NCBI GenBank assembly: GCA_965222615.1
Contig: CBDCUI010000007.1
Span: forward strand, 672,001-736,000
From: Gammaproteobacteria bacterium
Lineage (GTDB): Bacteria; Pseudomonadota; Gammaproteobacteria; UBA4575
Reading direction: 5' to 3'
Length of the DNA: 64,000 nucleotides
This document shows positions 59,976 through 64,000 of the stretch, in pieces. The position numbers were made by a program, and so were the translations under genes. Position 1 is the stretch's first letter. The number at the start of each line of letters is the position of its first letter. Below the pieces are notes generated by a model that was given only the letters and a program-made list of their open reading frames with translations, made no database searches and was not told the origin of the DNA.

Positions 59976-60016
59976 AAATAAAAAAGCCCTCGCGTGAAAG
60001 AGGGCTTTTTTTATTT
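59976..60016. terminator. Bidirectional Rho-independent terminator after pilQ
   Basis: aaaaaagccctc-gcgtgaaa-gagggctttttt. Confidence 0.85.
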
Positions 60017-60029
60017 AGATTACGTTTGC

Positions 60030-62198
60030 TTAGCGAACGAGGGTCAATTGTTCGCTGATAATTTTAGGTGTGATGAAAACCAACAATTCCGATTTGTCAT
60101 CTCTTAAGGTAGTGGTTCTAAATAACACGCCAACGAAAGGTAGGTCTGAGAAAAACGGAACCCTACTAACTGAATCGGTTTTATCTTGCTGATAAACGCC
60201 ACCTAGCACGATAGTTTGCCCATTGTCTACCAATACATCGGTCTCAACTTCGTTGGTATCGATGGAAGGAATAAATCCACCAAAACCGGATGGGACCTCT
60301 TCACCCACGCTGTCATTGGTGACTTTGAGTTTCATGGATACGCGATCATCCGGAGTGATCTGGGGGGTGACTTCTAAAGACAACACCGCCTTTTTGAATT
60401 CTACATCGGTAGCACCACTTGAAGTAGCAGATTGAAACGGTATTTCAGTGCCTTGTTCAATACGTGCGGTAGTTTGATTGGATGCGATCACACGCGGAGT
60501 CGATACCACCTCGGCACGACTCTCGGCTTGTGCAGCAGAGATCTCTAAATCGAGTATTAGGCCTAAAGGTAATTTAGCCAGCGCCAAGCCAATACTGCCT
60601 GTCGCACTAGGTGCTGGAAGATTTACATTTAAGCGGTTGTTTAATGAGATGTCTCCACCAAGTCGTGCCTGTTCAGTGCCTTCTAAGTTTCCTGCAACTG
60701 CATCAAAATCATTATCGTTTGCAGGAAGGCGATTATCTTTGTTGGAAATACCAAAGCGTACCCCTAGAGATCTAGTGAAATCATCATTGGCCACAACGAT
60801 GCGTGACTCGATCAGCACTTGTTTAACTGGGATGTCTAGCCGTTGTACCAAACGTCGAATTTCATCCAACTTCTGTGCGGTATCTTGGACTAGTAAATTG
60901 TTGGTACGTTCATCTACCGTGACATTGCCACGCTCAGATAATAAGGTATTGTCAGAAGATTTTAATAATCCAGCCAAATCACTGGCGCGTGCATAATTAA
61001 CTTGAATGAACTCTGAAAGCAGTGGTGCTAATTCTTGCACTTGCTGTTGGGATTCTAGTTCTAGTTTCTCGCGTGCGGCAATTTCTTCACTAGGTGCGAC
61101 ATAAATGACATTGCCATTTTGGCGCTTACCCAAGCCTTTGGTCTTCAAAATGATATCCAAGGCTTGATCCCAAGGAACATTTTTTAAGCGTAAGGTTAAA
61201 TTGCCACTCACGGCATCGCTTACCACCATATTGAGATTGGTAAAATCTGCAATCAGCTGCAACACAGACCGCACTTCGATATCTTGGAAGTTCAGCGATA
61301 GTCTTTCGCCTTCAAATACCTTTTGCTTGCGTTGTGCAACCACTTCTTTTGGTATTTCGCGTACTTCTACTACATATTGATTATCAGACTGATAGGCGAG
61401 ATGCTCGATTTCCTTACTGCTATCCGGTGAGATGACCATTTTGGTGTTGGGCCCATCGGCATAGGTTTCCACCAACTGTATAGGGGTTGCGAAATCAACG
61501 ACGTCCAAACGTTTGCTTAAGTTGCTAGGTAAGGAAGTGTTTTTGAAATCAACCAAAATGCGCCCACCTTGTTCACGTAAATTGATAGGGATATTAGGAT
61601 TGGAAAGTCCGATTACAACCCGTCCTACTCCACCCTCTCCACGACGAAAATCCACAGTATTGATATTAAAGGCACCACTGGATGTTTGTCTTGCGACTGG
61701 AGAGGTGGCCCCTGTACTTCTGGTAATTTGTGCTTGACTTGATCCTCCGGCATCTGAGCCGATAGTTAATATAAAATTATTTCCAGAAATATTCGTAGTG
61801 TAATCATCCAATCTAGTTAAATTTACTACAACTCGCGTTCGGCCATTTGCTTCAGCGGTATTTACACTTTGTGCTACGCCAACGTCAATTTTTTGGAATC
61901 GATCGGCTAAAGCATTTTCTGTGGCGGCAAAATCTAATGCAATTCGAGCTGGGTTATCAATGGTAAAAGCGAGTGGTTCAGTTGGAGTTCCACTAAATTG
62001 AAAGGACAATTGGATTTGGTCATTAGGCAAGCTTGAAACTTTAATGTCTTGCAGTGCATTTTGTGCATGAGCAACTGAAGCTAAAATAAAAAGCAAACTT
62101 AACAATGCAGCTTTTTGTATACGCGCATTGAATTTTGCACAAAATACAAAAGAAGCCTTTATTTTAGATTTACCTAAGCTTTGATTTATATAATTCAT
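60030..62198 (-). CDS. pilQ: Type IV pilus secretin
   Basis: AMIN-like domains, LSLNFQDIEVRSVLQ, VPWDQALD, QVLIESRIV, ELLVFITPKI. Confidence 0.96.
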   Translation of the reverse strand: MNYINQSLGKSKIKASFVFCAKFNARIQKAALLSLLFILASVAHAQNALQDIKVSSLPNDQIQLSFQFSGTPTEPLAFTIDNPARIALDFAATENALADRFQKIDVGVAQSVNTAEANGRTRVVVNLTRLDDYTTNISGNNFILTIGSDAGGSSQAQITRSTGATSPVARQTSSGAFNINTVDFRRGEGGVGRVVIGLSNPNIPINLREQGGRILVDFKNTSLPSNLSKRLDVVDFATPIQLVETYADGPNTKMVISPDSSKEIEHLAYQSDNQYVVEVREIPKEVVAQRKQKVFEGERLSLNFQDIEVRSVLQLIADFTNLNMVVSDAVSGNLTLRLKNVPWDQALDIILKTKGLGKRQNGNVIYVAPSEEIAAREKLELESQQQVQELAPLLSEFIQVNYARASDLAGLLKSSDNTLLSERGNVTVDERTNNLLVQDTAQKLDEIRRLVQRLDIPVKQVLIESRIVVANDDFTRSLGVRFGISNKDNRLPANDNDFDAVAGNLEGTEQARLGGDISLNNRLNVNLPAPSATGSIGLALAKLPLGLILDLEISAAQAESRAEVVSTPRVIASNQTTARIEQGTEIPFQSATSSGATDVEFKKAVLSLEVTPQITPDDRVSMKLKVTNDSVGEEVPSGFGGFIPSIDTNEVETDVLVDNGQTIVLGGVYQQDKTDSVSRVPFFSDLPFVGVLFRTTTLRDDKSELLVFITPKIISEQLTLVR

Positions 62199-62274
62199 GG
62201 CACAATGCCCCTTCGTATTAAACTTTCCCTAGTAAATTAGTATGTGTTTTATCACAACTACTTTAATTAATCAT

Positions 62275-62823
62275 TCATTCACTCAACGCAATAGAACCAT
62301 CGCGTTTTCGCCATCCGCCAAAGCCATCTGGAATAATTTCTTCTATTTTTAACCCCGCGTCTGACACTTCTATAACCTTGCCATTATTTTGGCCTAAATA
62401 ATTACCTGTAGAAATCCTTTGTATGGTTTTCTCAGGCGTTTGAATCAGAGCCCATAAACTTCCTCTTTGCTGCATGGTGCCTACCATGCGTAGCGTGTCC
62501 AAAGGAAAGCTTTCAAGAAATTCTGGGGTTCGATTTGGATCTGGTGAAATTGTGGAATTTGGTTTTCTAATTTTCTCTACAATTTTAGCCTGAAAGATTG
62601 TGGTATCGAAAGGATCACGCTGATTGCTGACTTGATATTTGTATATCTGATAAGGCTTCACTTCTGGTATAGGGTCGATGCCAGGAGGCTCGCGTGACTT
62701 TACCTCTTCGACAAAATCTTCTAAGTCGCGCATCTCGCGTCCACAACCGGCAATTAAAGTAACCAAAGTAAGCACCACTGCAATCAAAAGTGGATGCAGA
62801 TGAGATGCTGTCTTAGTACTCAT
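62275..62823 (-). CDS. pilP: Type IV pilus lipoprotein PilP
   Basis: IAGC lipobox, RDPF, LESFPLDTLRMVGT, GNYLGQNNG. Confidence 0.95.
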   Translation of the reverse strand: MSTKTASHLHPLLIAVVLTLVTLIAGCGREMRDLEDFVEEVKSREPPGIDPIPEVKPYQIYKYQVSNQRDPFDTTIFQAKIVEKIRKPNSTISPDPNRTPEFLESFPLDTLRMVGTMQQRGSLWALIQTPEKTIQRISTGNYLGQNNGKVIEVSDAGLKIEEIIPDGFGGWRKRDGSIALSE

Positions 62824-63404
62824 TCCTCATCCTCTTCTAAATAGCGGTAGGTCTTTACCGTTGCCGTCATGGTCATTTTTTCTTCACTAGGAGTAAGTGA
62901 AATATTATGCAGTGTTACAATACGTGGCAAGGCTGCAATTTCACTAGCGAACGTTCCAAACTGATGGTAATCGCCGCGCACACGCAAATCGATAGGTTTT
63001 TCCGCATAAAACTCTTTAATGGATTCGGCCTGCGGTTTAAACAATTCAATTTCTAAACCACTGGAAAGACCGGTTTGTGAGATGTCGACGATCAGCGCGG
63101 GGATCTCAGTCTTACTGGGTAACTGGCGTAACAAGGTACCAAAAGTTCTGCGCATCTCTTCTAGCTGCACTTTGTATAACTCAAGGTTCGCTGCCTTTTC
63201 CGCCTTATTCTCAAACGTTTTTCTGAGTTCTTGTTCCTTGGCCTTGACGCGAGTTAAACTTTCCAGTTGATTTTTGTGATGTAAATAATATCCGGCAAAT
63301 AAAATTCCGAAGCAGATGAGGCCTATCATTAACACCTTTAATGGCAACGGTGCCGTGCCAATATTGTTAAGGTTTGTGCTTCTTATGTCGTCAAGAAAAC
63401 TCAT
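62820..63404 (-). CDS. pilO: Type IV pilus assembly protein PilO
   Basis: LPSKTEIPAL, EFYAEKPI, LPRIVTLH, KTYRY. Confidence 0.96.
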   Translation of the reverse strand: MSFLDDIRSTNLNNIGTAPLPLKVLMIGLICFGILFAGYYLHHKNQLESLTRVKAKEQELRKTFENKAEKAANLELYKVQLEEMRRTFGTLLRQLPSKTEIPALIVDISQTGLSSGLEIELFKPQAESIKEFYAEKPIDLRVRGDYHQFGTFASEIAALPRIVTLHNISLTPSEEKMTMTATVKTYRYLEEDEE

Positions 63405-63406
63405 GC

Positions 63407-63976
63407 TTATTCTTCTTCAGAATTTTTTTCTTTATTCGGATCTGTCTGGGCCGCAGTTAGATTAAAATCACTAATACGGGCGAGTTCCGTTTCTTTAGTT
63501 TCGATCACTCCCAGGCTAGGATTTGTTAACCAGTCTGATTCTTCGATATTGCGCATATAAGACGAGACTCGTGCATTAGACTCCGCCCTACCTGCAATCT
63601 GTAAATTACTTTCGGCTTGCTTGAGACTAGTTAGATGTACACCATCAGGCAGGGTAGTCACCAGTTCATCAAATAAGTGCACAATACCTGGGCGCGTAGC
63701 TTGCAGGTTTTGAATAACTTCCATGCGCTCGATCAGTGCTTGTCTGGTTGAGTCTAGCTTCTTAATCTCCTTAATTTTGTCGTCGAGAATCTTAATCTCA
63801 TTGGTGAGATATTGATTGCGTCGTTCTTGGTGATTAATTCTGCCGTTAATTTCAAAATGCGTTAGCAGTACGACCACAGCACATAATGCAGCCGCCAAAC
63901 CCATCAACGTGAAAAATTCTTTTTGTTGTTCGCGTCGACGCGTTTCTCGCCAGGGTAATAAGTTAATTCTTGCCAT
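63407..63976 (-). CDS. pilN: Type IV pilus assembly protein PilN
   Basis: MARINLLPWRE, AESNARVSSYMRNI. Confidence 0.96.
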   Translation of the reverse strand: MARINLLPWRETRRREQQKEFFTLMGLAAALCAVVVLLTHFEINGRINHQERRNQYLTNEIKILDDKIKEIKKLDSTRQALIERMEVIQNLQATRPGIVHLFDELVTTLPDGVHLTSLKQAESNLQIAGRAESNARVSSYMRNIEESDWLTNPSLGVIETKETELARISDFNLTAAQTDPNKEKNSEEE

Positions 63977-63977
63977 C

Positions 63978-64000
63978 TTAATCGAATGCCCGTAACGCTA
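63978..64000 (-). CDS. pilM: PilM, last codons only
   Basis: ...ALRAFD* ends 1 nt before the pilN ATG; resembles the PilM C-terminus. Confidence 0.7.

Overview
Chromosomal window of an AT-rich gammaproteobacterium. The YeiH-type exporter cassette and the sNOR cluster suggest a sulfur-oxidiser-like organism, but this is an inference. Housekeeping blocks flank the window: trkAH-pip-dtd-hisBHAFE-tatABC-gpmI on the left, and pilMNOPQ-aroKB-dgt-damX-like-dnaG-rpoD-tRNA-Ile2 on the right. The middle (about 10.7-51.5 kb) is accessory-rich and holds four notable loci. (1) A divergent envelope redox locus: a 1610-aa repeat-stalked two-CxxCH lipoprotein plus a Tat-exported DUF1501 protein, facing TlpA-DUF4266-DUF3570-ApbE, with several CRP-like boxes between them. 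(2) An unannotated ~70-nt sRNA candidate just after apbE, preceded by a perfect CRP-type box; its hairpin loop is complementary over 19 nt (one G:U) to the RBS and start codon of a small DRR-motif ORF 12.6 kb away. (3) An NsrR-controlled sNOR-type nitric oxide reductase operon with an HPP protein. (4) A sugar-nucleotide cluster next to the tRNA: HIT phosphorylase-like protein, P-loop kinase, Halothermothrix-type SPS-like GT4 and glgC. Also present are three RPE-like palindromic miniature elements, an aceE-aceF-ald operon lacking lpdA, PhoX and a porin with a structured GGA-rich leader. No CRISPR array, transposase or integrase was seen. All family assignments are by motif recognition; no database searches were run.
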